From a virus: a DNA stretch of 64,000 bases. Numbering within the stretch: the stretch's first letter is position 1; each line of letters opens with the position of its first letter. Below the pieces are notes generated by a model. It searched no databases. It was given only the letters and a program-made list of their open reading frames with translations, and was not told the origin of the DNA. The stretch lies in IMG/VR virus record IMGVR_UViG_3300025840_000011; one strand, 5' to 3'. Positions 9,062 to 18,513 of this stretch are shown piece after piece. The position numbers were made by a program, and so were the translations under genes.

Positions 9062-10300
9062 TTAACCAACTGTTAATTGTTGTTTCTGATCTTGTAACAG
9101 TTTCAAACCAACTTCTTTGAATTCGAAACCAGACTTTTCAAAGAAGAACTCTATCATGTTACGGTCTGCAATATACTTTGGCGAACCGATCCATTGATCA
9201 TGGTCAGAGATTTTTGGGTGATAGACGATACACACTGCCTTCGTGTATCCGTGTTCTTGGTGTGCCTCGAAAAAGTTAGACATGAAGGTCTGAAGCGAAC
9301 CACCAGAACCACTTGTGATAACTTCAACAAATGTCTTGCCGTCTTGGTAAGATGGAATGATCTCTTCGTAAAGTTTTTTCTTGTTGGCACCCTCTCTCCA
9401 CTTGATGTGCTTCTGGCCTAGCAAACTCAGTTCTTCGTTCTCGATTGCTTTCTTCGCCTTGTTGATAGCAGAGTTGATTTGACGTTTGGTGATATTGAAC
9501 TTCTCAAGTGCAAGGATCATTGCATCCGAATCAAGATCGATGTTGTGGTTATAGTAGAGACTCTGTGCAATCTTGGAGAAATCGTCAGATTGGTTTACCT
9601 TTGGTTGAATCTTACCTTCCTGAACATTCAACATCATGCCCAAATATTCGATCTCTGAATCTGTCAGACCTTCCCACATTGACAGGGGAACACGAACTAC
9701 CTCAAGAGTAACACCGTGTTTTGAGTCGTTGGTCGCACGGGTAGAGTGGTTACCACCAATACCAGCAGAACCATCAACACCAAAGTCTCGATCACCTTCT
9801 TCAAAATATCCTTCTAAAAGAACCGCCTGAAGTTTTAACTTCTCTGTGTTCCCGTGTTCCTCATCGATAGCGTTCTGGATATTCTGTTTGTGCGTCCAGT
9901 CATCTTCTGCACGTACTTGAATGAAGGTTGTCTTGACAACCTCAGACGCCATCTCCTGTTCACCCTTCATGTTCTTGATCTCTTCTGCGAGAGTCAGAAC
10001 ACGATCCATATCGAACTTCTTACTGGCGGGTGACCCGTTAGACTTATTAAAAAACATCACATTGGATTTTGCATTTGCTTCACTTAACACTCTATATTCC
10101 TCATTTTGCATTGCACCCCAACTACCAGTACGTAGTATCTCGTAGTCAAAGTCATTATAACTCTCTCTCAAGAGTTGGTTAAATTCTTCACATTTGGAAG
10201 AATGGTTATACCCATCTGAGATCAGACCCTTATGGATGCCAACATACATACGTCCGGTTGGACGGTGCGTATATTGGTATAGGTATGCTTCGTATTTCAT
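9062..10300 (-). CDS. GIY-YIG(Seg)-like N-terminal domain protein with a possible ParB/Srx-like central region
   Basis: YLYQYTHRPTGRMYVGIHKG...GYNHSS resembles the Seg-type GIY-YIG; GGNHS resembles a ParB-like motif (weak). Confidence 0.55.
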   Translation of the reverse strand: MKYEAYLYQYTHRPTGRMYVGIHKGLISDGYNHSSKCEEFNQLLRESYNDFDYEILRTGSWGAMQNEEYRVLSEANAKSNVMFFNKSNGSPASKKFDMDRVLTLAEEIKNMKGEQEMASEVVKTTFIQVRAEDDWTHKQNIQNAIDEEHGNTEKLKLQAVLLEGYFEEGDRDFGVDGSAGIGGNHSTRATNDSKHGVTLEVVRVPLSMWEGLTDSEIEYLGMMLNVQEGKIQPKVNQSDDFSKIAQSLYYNHNIDLDSDAMILALEKFNITKRQINSAINKAKKAIENEELSLLGQKHIKWREGANKKKLYEEIIPSYQDGKTFVEVITSGSGGSLQTFMSNFFEAHQEHGYTKAVCIVYHPKISDHDQWIGSPKYIADRNMIEFFFEKSGFEFKEVGLKLLQDQKQQLTVG

Positions 10301-10306
10301 GTTTTA

Positions 10307-10335
10307 ATAATAACAAACTGGACACTATTTGTCAA
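10307..10335 (-). promoter_or_regulatory. Sigma70-type promoter TTGACA-17-TATTAT (leaderless geometry)
   Basis: -10 box ends 7 nt before the ATG at 10300. Confidence 0.75.
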
Positions 10336-11308
10336 GGGCTTTATCCATCTTTTTTGCGAATTCCTCGAAATACTGGTCTTCACTCAGAAGAACCTTGGAG
10401 TAGTTGTTGCGGTACTCTTCCAACTTGTTATCAAAGAAAGTAGGGTCTCGTAACTCTAGGATCTTTTCCTCAAGTTCCTCAAACGTCTGGACTCTCTGCC
10501 AAGGGTCTATGTTATACGTGTTGTCTATGTCATAGTCCTGCCACACAAAGGGGACGATACCAATAGACAACGCCTCTGGATATCGTGACGTAGTGGCGTG
10601 TGGGTCTAACCAGTTGAAACATAGAGTAGACCGTGCGGGTTCTAGTAGAGGATAGAGTTTTCTCCAGTCCTTGATCCACTTGGATTGTCTCTGCACACCC
10701 GAAGGGAATCCGCCGATCATGACGGTAGACAACTGAGACCTATAGATTTTACGGATGGTCTTCTCTCTATCGTTTCCATGTTTCATCCTACCCCAATACC
10801 CAAAGTCCACAGACTTACCTTCGAACATCAAATCGGAGATGGGGTTCTTCAACCTCTGAATGAAGTGATACTTCATACCGTGAATATTTCCACTGAAGTC
10901 TATCTCATCTATGGTCACAAACTTCTTGATGTTTGGCAGGAAACTGCGGTACAGTTCTTCGGTGTCTCCCCTGTCACTACGGAACATCACTACAGTCTTG
11001 CCTTCGAAGTAGGGTGCAATCTTATCAATGTGAGACTGACTCTTCGCCAAGTCTTTGGGGTTCATCTGTAACTCACCGTGATACCGAAACTCACTGTCAC
11101 TTGGTATGACAATAACATCTGCGGACTCAATGGTTTCGGGTGTACGTTTAGGGCGTGTCCCATCAAAGGAACAATTGTACGTATCGTAGTTGTGTTCGGG
11201 GTGCGCCTTCATCCACTTGACGTAGTTCTCGAAGAAACTGTCCAGTACGGTTTCGAGTGGTCCTTCATACTTAACAAAGGATCTCAGTCTTGCGATGGTA
11301 ATGTTCAT
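10325..11308 (-). CDS. T4 beta-glucosyltransferase-like GT-B glycosyltransferase
   Basis: KSVDFGYWGRMKHGNDREK and TTSRYPEALSIGIVPFVWQDYD...VQTFEELEEKILELR align by eye with T4 BGT KTLDVIYGGSFRSGQRESK and ITLRVWETMASDAVMLIDEEFD...VNNRAELIDRVNELK; similar length. Confidence 0.7.
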   Translation of the reverse strand: MNITIARLRSFVKYEGPLETVLDSFFENYVKWMKAHPEHNYDTYNCSFDGTRPKRTPETIESADVIVIPSDSEFRYHGELQMNPKDLAKSQSHIDKIAPYFEGKTVVMFRSDRGDTEELYRSFLPNIKKFVTIDEIDFSGNIHGMKYHFIQRLKNPISDLMFEGKSVDFGYWGRMKHGNDREKTIRKIYRSQLSTVMIGGFPSGVQRQSKWIKDWRKLYPLLEPARSTLCFNWLDPHATTSRYPEALSIGIVPFVWQDYDIDNTYNIDPWQRVQTFEELEEKILELRDPTFFDNKLEEYRNNYSKVLLSEDQYFEEFAKKMDKALDK

Positions 11309-12417
11309 CGTATAATATCAATCTCGTTCATGGTGTCCTGATTCCAGACCTCTAGTTCTGTACGGACACGATTTTCATTTTTCAACTTGTCGTAACGTTT
11401 ACTGGCGAGTTTCTTCCACCACGCGATCACGTTATCTAGTTCAAACCTATCAAAGTTTTCTGCCTTGATCAGGTTATCGGTCCTACCCAATAGAACGTCC
11501 CGCACATTAGAGTAACCATACTCACCCATATAAAAACGTTTCTGTGTAGTCACATCACCCGCAGTCGATATCTTATCAACAAATTTGTTGTACGCCTCCG
11601 TGTCATGATGTTTCAGTGATGCCTTGACGATACTCACCATCTTGGTTTGCATCTTTAGTTTACGGGATGACGCACCCTTGTGCACTAACTCCTCACCACC
11701 GTTCTTCTCAGTAAACCAATCCCTCATCTCTGGATAGAAGTCATCCCCTAGAGTCAACAGGAACTTAGATTGTGTGTCGCCCTTGTACCGTAGATAAGGA
11801 CGCATACCATCATACATCGATGCACCCTTGAGGTTACCATACAACGAGGTGGTTTCAAAGAGACAGAACTCTGTATCATATTTGTCATTCAACATTCTGC
11901 GACTATCATGGGAACAACAGATGGCGGCAAGTAACTTACCACCAAGATAGTTAAACCCAAAGGGTTGGGCGGGTACGATGTTGAACCCCATGATTGCACG
12001 TTTGTTGAATATGTCAAGATCCGGTACACCCCCAAGATACTCGTTCCGTGGTTTGGAATTGATTAGAGGAGATCCAAACCGAATGAACCCACATATGGTG
12101 TTGGTGGTTGTTTCTCTGACTACCATCTTTAATGTCTTGCCAGGCGACTCATCCGGAGAGAACGAGGCAGTCTTTTCAAGTAGGGTGTCAAACAACTCGT
12201 GTGGGATTTGTTGGATACGGAAGTCCATATCTTGGGGGTGCAAATCAAACTGTTGGAACAGGTCATCCTCAACGGACATGCCTGGCAACGGTGCGGGGAT
12301 GTTCCTCACACGTTCGATCTTACGTGCACGGAAATAGTCATCGATACGTTCGAAGTCATCGAAGTAATCCATGAGTTTCCACGCTGCGTGAAATGCGTCT
12401 TTCTTTGATAAAATCAT
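11305..12417 (-). CDS. DUF4338 / DruA-like protein
   Basis: GFIRFGSP, PFGFNYLGGKLLA, ETTSLYG, SMYDG..Y.G.T motifs typical of the DUF4338 family. Confidence 0.65.
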   Translation of the reverse strand: MILSKKDAFHAAWKLMDYFDDFERIDDYFRARKIERVRNIPAPLPGMSVEDDLFQQFDLHPQDMDFRIQQIPHELFDTLLEKTASFSPDESPGKTLKMVVRETTTNTICGFIRFGSPLINSKPRNEYLGGVPDLDIFNKRAIMGFNIVPAQPFGFNYLGGKLLAAICCSHDSRRMLNDKYDTEFCLFETTSLYGNLKGASMYDGMRPYLRYKGDTQSKFLLTLGDDFYPEMRDWFTEKNGGEELVHKGASSRKLKMQTKMVSIVKASLKHHDTEAYNKFVDKISTAGDVTTQKRFYMGEYGYSNVRDVLLGRTDNLIKAENFDRFELDNVIAWWKKLASKRYDKLKNENRVRTELEVWNQDTMNEIDIIR

Positions 12418-12439
12418 ATTGAACCTCTAATCATGTACC

Positions 12440-12468
12440 ATTATATAGCATCCAGACAAGTTTGTCAA
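12440..12468 (-). promoter_or_regulatory. Perfect sigma70 promoter TTGACA-17-TATAAT for the inverted island
   Basis: Reverse-strand consensus upstream of 12417. Confidence 0.85.
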
Positions 12469-12471
12469 GTG

Positions 12472-12479
12472 TATAAATA
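12472..12479 (+). promoter_or_regulatory. Late promoter TATAAATA for gp3
   Basis: Exact consensus, back-to-back with the early promoter. Confidence 0.85.
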
Positions 12480-12501
12480 GAGGTGTACATAGGAGTGACT
12501 C

Positions 12502-13023
12502 ATGGCGAAATCTACCTTAACCGCAAACAAAAACTTTTTACAACCCACAGGGTTTAGAGTAAGCATCGACAACACGTTGTTCGGTAACGTGCAGTTCTTT
12601 GCACAATCCATATCACATCCGGGCGCTTCCACGAACGCAGTCGAGGTTGGTATACCTAGAGTTACTGGAATCCCATTTTCAGGATCTAAGATAACATATT
12701 CTGACCTTACTGTCAACCTTATTCTTGACGAAGACATGCAGTCCTACACAGAACTACAGAAGTGGATGGAGCGTCTGGTCAACGAGAAAGAGGTTAGGCC
12801 AGGCGATAGGTACAGAGGACAGGTCGAGAAGGATGAAACATATTCCGACATCACGGTTACCATCTTGACCAGTCAGAACAACTCAAACTTGCGAATCAGA
12901 TACAACGATGCGATCATCACTAATCTGGGCAGTTTTGAGTTGAACGCAAACGCAAACGATATTACTTACATTCAATTCCCCGCAACCTTCCGGTTCAGGG
13001 ACTTCGAGATCGTCAAACTATAA
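12502..13023 (+). CDS. gp3: Tail completion / sheath terminator protein
   Basis: NFLQPTGF, FFAQS..HPG, L.VN.ILDEDM..Y.E...WM; synteny before uvsY. Confidence 0.85.
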   Translation: MAKSTLTANKNFLQPTGFRVSIDNTLFGNVQFFAQSISHPGASTNAVEVGIPRVTGIPFSGSKITYSDLTVNLILDEDMQSYTELQKWMERLVNEKEVRPGDRYRGQVEKDETYSDITVTILTSQNNSNLRIRYNDAIITNLGSFELNANANDITYIQFPATFRFRDFEIVKL

Positions 13024-13024
13024 C

Positions 13025-13053
13025 TTGACACAACACGACAAAACGGGTATAAT
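13025..13053 (+). promoter_or_regulatory. Perfect sigma70 promoter TTGACA-17-TATAAT
   Basis: Exact consensus. Confidence 0.85.
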
Positions 13054-13056
13054 AAT

Positions 13057-13248
13057 ATGGAAATAAACCCAATAGAACCAGCGTCTATGCCAATGAAGTC
13101 ATGGTGGAACGAGGTACAGACACAAAAGGTTCAAAAGAAATTGGTAGAGGGTGGTACTGCAATGCAATACACCATCTATACATATAACCGATATGGACAA
13201 CTGATAGAGTCTGAGGTGAGGGTTCAACAACTTGATATGAGGGCATAG
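13057..13248 (+). CDS. Hypothetical protein
   Basis: 63-aa ORF abutting uvsY; start uncertain. Confidence 0.55.
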   Translation: MEINPIEPASMPMKSWWNEVQTQKVQKKLVEGGTAMQYTIYTYNRYGQLIESEVRVQQLDMRA

Positions 13249-13695
13249 ATGCTAGACCTTGATAATATTTTGAAAGAGTGGGCAGAAGACTGTAAGATCC
13301 CCCAACACCAACTAGATGAAACATCCCGTAACACACCTAGTCTACACGCAAAGTACTTGCAGTACCTATCTTTGACTAAATTGAACCTGAAGAGGGCAGA
13401 ACACTCTCAGAAGGATCTACTCAAAGACAAGTGGTTGTACTACAACGGTAAGATGGATGAGGAAACTCTTCAGTCTAAGAACTGGCATCCGGACCCCTTT
13501 GACGGATTGAAGATTATGAAAGGTGACATGAACTATTACTATGACTCCGATCCTGAGATTCAGAAGTCCGAAGAAAAAATCGTTTACCTTAAAACGATTA
13601 TAGATACTCTGGTCGAGATAGTCGATAGTCTGAAGTGGAGACACCAGACCGTGAAGAACATTATTGAGTGGAGAAAGTTCGATGCCGGAGGTTAA
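13249..13695 (+). CDS. uvsY: Recombination mediator UvsY
   Basis: P.LHAKYL, KWLYYNGK, IKN.IEW.KF-like C-terminus; synteny. Confidence 0.9.
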   Translation: MLDLDNILKEWAEDCKIPQHQLDETSRNTPSLHAKYLQYLSLTKLNLKRAEHSQKDLLKDKWLYYNGKMDEETLQSKNWHPDPFDGLKIMKGDMNYYYDSDPEIQKSEEKIVYLKTIIDTLVEIVDSLKWRHQTVKNIIEWRKFDAGG

Positions 13696-13697
13696 TC

Positions 13698-13847
13698 GTG
13701 GCGAAGAATTCTAACGTCATTACCAAGAAGGTTATTAATGACGTACACCGCAAGGGTACGTCTATTGGTAATGGTAAAGTCAAGCGCAGTTCCATGAACA
13801 AGGATAAGAAACGTTCCTTCAAGAAGTATCGCGGTCAAGGACGATAG
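13698..13847 (+). CDS. Small basic protein (49 aa, ends KKYRGQGR)
   Basis: GTG start with SD ggagg; fills the uvsY-uvsW gap; not in the ORF track. Confidence 0.7.
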   Translation: MAKNSNVITKKVINDVHRKGTSIGNGKVKRSSMNKDKKRSFKKYRGQGR

Positions 13848-13850
13848 TTC

Positions 13851-15329
13851 ATGGAAAGTACCATTCGTATTCGGATGTTAGATCATTCGAGAATGGCGGT
13901 TGAGTCTAACCCCGCACAACAACAGGAACTAAGAGATTACTTCTCTTTCTTCGTTCCGGGCTATCGGTTCATGCCTGCATTTAAACGCAAGGTGTGGGAC
14001 GGTAAGGTGCGTCTATATAATCAAGTAAAACGAGAGATACATGTTGGTCTGTATCACCAACTCCGCAAATTTTGTGCAGACCGCATGTACCCTCTCCAGA
14101 TCGTAGAGAATAAAAAATACGGCATTCCCAATGCCAAGAATAAGATTGATCATCAAGGACTAGTCAAGTTTCTTGGGTCATTACAAACCCCGTTCGAGCC
14201 CCGTGACTATCAGTACGATGCGATAACACACGCCATCGAAAACAAGCGGGCCATTCTTCTATCCCCCACAGGTTCGGGTAAGTCGTTCATCATCTATAAT
14301 ACGATGAGGTGGTTCCTTGACAATCACGAAGGCAAGGTTCTTATTGTTGTACCAACAACGTCTCTGGTAGAACAGATGCATCAGGACTTTGCGGACTATG
14401 GTTATGAGTCAGATTTGATTCATAAAATATACAGTGGTAAAGATAAAGAAACAAATAAACGTATTATCATCTCAACATGGCAGTCTATCTACAAGTTGGG
14501 TTCAGAATGGTTCGAACAGTTTCCTTGTATATTCGGAGATGAAGTCCATTTATTCAAGGCAAAATCCTTATCCACTCTCATGGACAAGTGCAGAAATGCG
14601 GAGTATCGTTTTGGGACAACAGGTACACTGGATGGTACTGAGACTAATAAGTTGGTACTAGAAGGATTGTTTGGTCCGGTCTTCAAGGTCACCACTACAG
14701 TACAGTTACAGGAAGACAACACACTTGCAGACCTAGACATCAAGGTCATACTCATGCGTTATCACAACGATGAGTGCCATAAGATGAAGGGTAAAACCTA
14801 TCAGGAAGAAATTGAATATATAGTAACGAACGAGAAAAGAAATAAGTTCATCACGAAGTTGTCCCTTGATCAAGAGGGGAACACTCTGGTACTATTTCAA
14901 TTCGTTGAAAAACATGGAAAGGTTTTGTATGACCTTATCCGTGACTCTGCCGACGAGAACCGAAAAGTATTCTATGTGTCCGGTGAAGTGGCAGCCAATG
15001 ACCGTGAACAGATCCGTGGGATCGTCGAGAAACAGAAAGATGCAATCATCGTGGCAAGCCTTGGAACTTTTTCTACTGGGATTAATATTCGGAATCTGCA
15101 TAATATTGTATTCGCTTCTCCAAGTAAATCTCAGATTAAGGTTCTTCAATCTATCGGAAGAGGGTTACGAAAAAGTGACAATGGGGTTGCTACTAAGCTT
15201 TATGATCTATCAGATGATCTACATTGTAGAGGCTACAAGAACTTTACTCTAAAACATTCCGCCGAAAGAATAAAGATATATACTAGAGAAGGGTTTAAAT
15301 ACAAAGTGTACCCGATTAGTTTGAGATGA
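13851..15329 (+). CDS. uvsW: SF2 DNA helicase UvsW
   Basis: SPTGSGKS, GDEVH, GTTGT, QSIGRGLR. Confidence 0.95.
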   Translation: MESTIRIRMLDHSRMAVESNPAQQQELRDYFSFFVPGYRFMPAFKRKVWDGKVRLYNQVKREIHVGLYHQLRKFCADRMYPLQIVENKKYGIPNAKNKIDHQGLVKFLGSLQTPFEPRDYQYDAITHAIENKRAILLSPTGSGKSFIIYNTMRWFLDNHEGKVLIVVPTTSLVEQMHQDFADYGYESDLIHKIYSGKDKETNKRIIISTWQSIYKLGSEWFEQFPCIFGDEVHLFKAKSLSTLMDKCRNAEYRFGTTGTLDGTETNKLVLEGLFGPVFKVTTTVQLQEDNTLADLDIKVILMRYHNDECHKMKGKTYQEEIEYIVTNEKRNKFITKLSLDQEGNTLVLFQFVEKHGKVLYDLIRDSADENRKVFYVSGEVAANDREQIRGIVEKQKDAIIVASLGTFSTGINIRNLHNIVFASPSKSQIKVLQSIGRGLRKSDNGVATKLYDLSDDLHCRGYKNFTLKHSAERIKIYTREGFKYKVYPISLR

Positions 15330-15703
15330 GAACAATGATAAGACAAGTAAAGTTGGTTTCTGGAGAGGAACTTGTTTGCGAGGTACTTCATGATTCGGTG
15401 GATGAACAGTCCGACGAAATTATAATTCGTCACGCCTTAAAAATCGTGTCTAAAATTCATAATGGTTACAAGTATTACACCTTCAAACCATTCATGGTTT
15501 TTTCCGATACTAAGGACTCTCTGACTATGTTGCGAGACGGTGCGATCATCTCGTACACAATTCCTCATGATACCCTTATCGCGGAATACAGAGAAGCCTT
15601 GTCTCAGATTAACGACGAGGTAGAAGAGGATCTTTCGATGCCGAAGTTTTCGGGAGACTCAGACTCTAATGTTGTCGCATTCAAAAAACCTACCCATCAC
15701 TAG
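15326..15703 (+). CDS. Conserved hypothetical protein (Sm-like fold likely)
   Basis: QVKLVSGEELVCEV N-terminus typical of the post-uvsW gene of T4-like phages. Confidence 0.6.
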   Translation: MRTMIRQVKLVSGEELVCEVLHDSVDEQSDEIIIRHALKIVSKIHNGYKYYTFKPFMVFSDTKDSLTMLRDGAIISYTIPHDTLIAEYREALSQINDEVEEDLSMPKFSGDSDSNVVAFKKPTHH

Positions 15704-15754
15704 GGTATATTCCCCCCGCACTTAGTGGCTTTAGTTTAACATGAGATACGTGAT

Positions 15755-16219
15755 TTGTCAAGAAGAATTATCAGAAATTTTATAAAAGAGGAAGACCTAC
15801 CCGAAGTACTCGACTTCGCAAACTCTCTCCCTTACTATAGAGATCGTGATCTGCCTGGCGAAGCGGGTGAGGCGGTGCGTCAAGGTGTTTTTAAGTTTAC
15901 GGGAAAACGGACAGAAAGCGTCCATACAATATGTGACATAGGAACGGACATATATAACGCAACGGGATTAAGACCAACACGTCTCTACTTCCACTGGCAT
16001 GATGCGGATCCTGAGTGGACACCGAAAATCCACGCAGACCTGTCAATGAGTGGAGTGATCTACCTTATAGGTGGTGAAGGATGTGGTACGGAAATCGATG
16101 GTGTGGTTGAAGAGTTCGAAGTTGGAAAGTTGGTTATGTACGATGGCAGAACCCCACATAGACCTCAAGGGTTTCCCGTCGATAGGTTGGTAATTACATT
16201 TTTTATAGGTGAAGAATAA
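15755..16219 (+). CDS. 2OG-Fe(II) oxygenase-like protein
   Basis: IHAD...SGVIYL...GT...H...R.VITFF (HxD...H...R). Confidence 0.7.
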   Translation: MSRRIIRNFIKEEDLPEVLDFANSLPYYRDRDLPGEAGEAVRQGVFKFTGKRTESVHTICDIGTDIYNATGLRPTRLYFHWHDADPEWTPKIHADLSMSGVIYLIGGEGCGTEIDGVVEEFEVGKLVMYDGRTPHRPQGFPVDRLVITFFIGEE

Positions 16220-16662
16220 TGACAGTTGGATTTACTGCATCGACATTTGATCTCTTACATGCGGGTCACGTCTCCATGTTGAGAGAGGCGAAGGAACAGT
16301 GTGACTACTTGATCTGTGGTCTACAGGTTGATCCCTCTTTGGATAGACCTGAGAAGAACAAACCCGTTCAGACCTTGGTCGAGAGGTACACGCAACTGGC
16401 GGGTATCAAGTACGTCGATGAGATCATTCCCTACCAGACCGAAGAAGACCTTGAAGACATTCTTAAGATGGTCAACATCGATCTCCGCATCATAGGATCG
16501 GAGTACAAAGACAAGACCTTCACAGGAAGAGCCACGTGCGCCGCGCGAGGGATTGAAATCTATTTTAACAAGAGGGACCATAGGTTCTCCACTAGTGACT
16601 TAAGAAGAAGAGTCAGTGCGAGCGAATATGGTCTTGACAACCCACCCCTTGATGTAATATAA
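16219..16662 (+). CDS. Glycerol-3-phosphate cytidylyltransferase-like (TagD family)
   Basis: STFDLLHAGH (HxGH), R.H.FSTS. Confidence 0.85.
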   Translation: MTVGFTASTFDLLHAGHVSMLREAKEQCDYLICGLQVDPSLDRPEKNKPVQTLVERYTQLAGIKYVDEIIPYQTEEDLEDILKMVNIDLRIIGSEYKDKTFTGRATCAARGIEIYFNKRDHRFSTSDLRRRVSASEYGLDNPPLDVI

Positions 16663-16663
16663 T
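16634..16663 (+). promoter_or_regulatory. Sigma70 promoter TTGACA-18-TATAAT upstream of gp55
   Basis: Consensus hexamers. Confidence 0.7.
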
Positions 16664-16689
16664 ACGTTAAATTGAATTAGGAGTATTTA

Positions 16690-17292
16690 ATGGCAACCGC
16701 AAAAGTGAAACCCAAGGAAAGACCGCATTACGTGAACAACAAAGAGTTCTCTGCGGCAGTAGTCGAGTACTGTAAGGAGGTTGGAGTATGTAGGGAGAAG
16801 GGAGAAAAAGTTCCAATCGTTCCCAACTACATCGCTTCTTGTTTCCTGAAGATTGCGGAGGGGTTGTCACATAAGTCTAACTTCGTCCGTTACACCTATC
16901 GGGAAGAGATGGTTATGGACGCTGTGGAGAACTGTCTCAAGGCGATTGAGAACTACAACATTGAGACCGCAACTCGTACAGGTAACCCGAACGCATTCGC
17001 ATACTTCACACAGATTTCTTGGTATGCGTTTCTTCGTCGTATTGCACGTGAGAAGAAACAACAGGACATCAAACTAAAGTACATCTCCGAAGCGGGTGTC
17101 GAACAGTTCCTTGATCAACAGGAAGGTGACCCCGAATGGCAACACGTTGTACCTTTTATCGATGTGTTGCGTAATCGAATCGACGCCGTGAAGGAGTCGG
17201 ATGCGGAGTTCAAAGAGTACGTTGAAGAAGAGAAGAAACGTAAGAGACGGACTGTCAAGGTCGATTCAGACCTGTCGGATTTCCTTGTATAA
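16690..17292 (+). CDS. gp55: Late-transcription sigma factor
   Basis: HYVNNKEF, IAEGLSHKSNF..YTYREEM..D, NPNAFAYFTQI...AF.RRI..EKKQ. Confidence 0.95.
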   Translation: MATAKVKPKERPHYVNNKEFSAAVVEYCKEVGVCREKGEKVPIVPNYIASCFLKIAEGLSHKSNFVRYTYREEMVMDAVENCLKAIENYNIETATRTGNPNAFAYFTQISWYAFLRRIAREKKQQDIKLKYISEAGVEQFLDQQEGDPEWQHVVPFIDVLRNRIDAVKESDAEFKEYVEEEKKRKRRTVKVDSDLSDFLV

Positions 17293-17297
17293 AACAC

Positions 17298-17326
17298 TTG
17301 ACATCCTTTGCATATTCTGGTAATAT
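17298..17326 (+). promoter_or_regulatory. Sigma70 promoter TTGACA-17-TAATAT
   Basis: Upstream of the small ORF and gp47. Confidence 0.7.
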
Positions 17327-17335
17327 AGGTTAATT

Positions 17336-17455
17336 ATGTGGACATATGAATGTAGCGCAGGGACATACAGAGAAGAGTCCCTGCACAAATTACTGTGGAT
17401 AATTTTTAAACATCGTCTTCATCATCTAGTGGAAGACGGGAGGTTCTCTGATTAG
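17336..17455 (+). CDS. Small hypothetical protein (39 aa)
   Basis: MWTYECSAG...GRFSD; stop overlaps the gp47 GTG. Confidence 0.5.
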   Translation: MWTYECSAGTYREESLHKLLWIIFKHRLHHLVEDGRFSD

Positions 17456-18513
17456 TGAAGGTTGCCATCTTAAACGATACCCATGCGGGTATTCGTAACT
17501 CATCTGATATTTTTATGTCGTACCAAGAACGCTTCTACTCAGAAGTGTTCTTTCCATATCTGCTAGAAAATGACATCAAACAGATCCTACACCTTGGAGA
17601 CTACTACGATAACCGTAAGACAGTCAACTTCAAGGCGTTGAACCATAACCGCAAAATCTTTCTAGAGAAATTGCGGGAGTATGGTATCACTATGGATATC
17701 ATTCCGGGCAACCATGACACCTACTACAAGAACACCAACGATCTGAATTCGTTGAAAGAGTTGTTGGGTCACTACATGAATGAAGTCAACGTTATCATGG
17801 AACCTACCGTGGTTAAATACGACACTTTAGATGTCGCATTAATCCCTTGGATTAACCCTGAGAATGAGGAAGCAACACTCAAGTTTCTTTCGAAGTGCAA
17901 GGCGCCTGTCGTAGGTGCACACCTAGAACTGGTCGGGTTCGATATGCAACGTGGTATGCCCTGTCACGATGGTATGTCACCTAAACACTTCGAGAACTTT
18001 GAGATGGTGTTGTCTGGTCACTTCCATGCAAAATCGTCACAGGGAAATGTTCACTATCTGGGTTCTCAGATGGAGTTCTTTTGGAACGATTGCAATGACA
18101 AGAAGTACTTCCACATTCTTGATACTGAAACAAGAGAACTTACTCCGGTACACAATCCTATCACCATCTACGAGAAGGTGTATTACGATGCCGACAAGAT
18201 GCGTAAGTTCCAAGACCTACGATATCTTGATAATAAATTCGTTAAGTTGATCGTAGTGAAGAAGGGCGACACCTATGATTTCGAACGGTTCGTAGACCGC
18301 ATCCAGAATCAGAAGATACACGAACTCAAGATCGTTGAGGACTTCAAAGAGTTCATTGGTGAGAATGTGGGTGACCACAACATCACTATTGACGATACCG
18401 AAACTTTGGTGTATAATTATATCGACAACGTGCAGACCGATCTGGACAAGTCGAGAATCAAAAGAGAGATATCTGTGTTGATGACAGAGGCACAATCAAT
18501 GGAGGTAGTATAG
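17455..18513 (+). CDS. gp47: Recombination endonuclease subunit (Mre11/SbcD-like)
   Basis: DTH, GDYYD, GNHD, SGHFH metallophosphoesterase motifs. Confidence 0.95.
   Translation: MKVAILNDTHAGIRNSSDIFMSYQERFYSEVFFPYLLENDIKQILHLGDYYDNRKTVNFKALNHNRKIFLEKLREYGITMDIIPGNHDTYYKNTNDLNSLKELLGHYMNEVNVIMEPTVVKYDTLDVALIPWINPENEEATLKFLSKCKAPVVGAHLELVGFDMQRGMPCHDGMSPKHFENFEMVLSGHFHAKSSQGNVHYLGSQMEFFWNDCNDKKYFHILDTETRELTPVHNPITIYEKVYYDADKMRKFQDLRYLDNKFVKLIVVKKGDTYDFERFVDRIQNQKIHELKIVEDFKEFIGENVGDHNITIDDTETLVYNYIDNVQTDLDKSRIKREISVLMTEAQSMEVV

Noticed and set aside
11305-12417. A complete Druantia defence system
   Set aside because: Only a DruA/DUF4338-like gene is present; there is no large DruE helicase or other partner in the window
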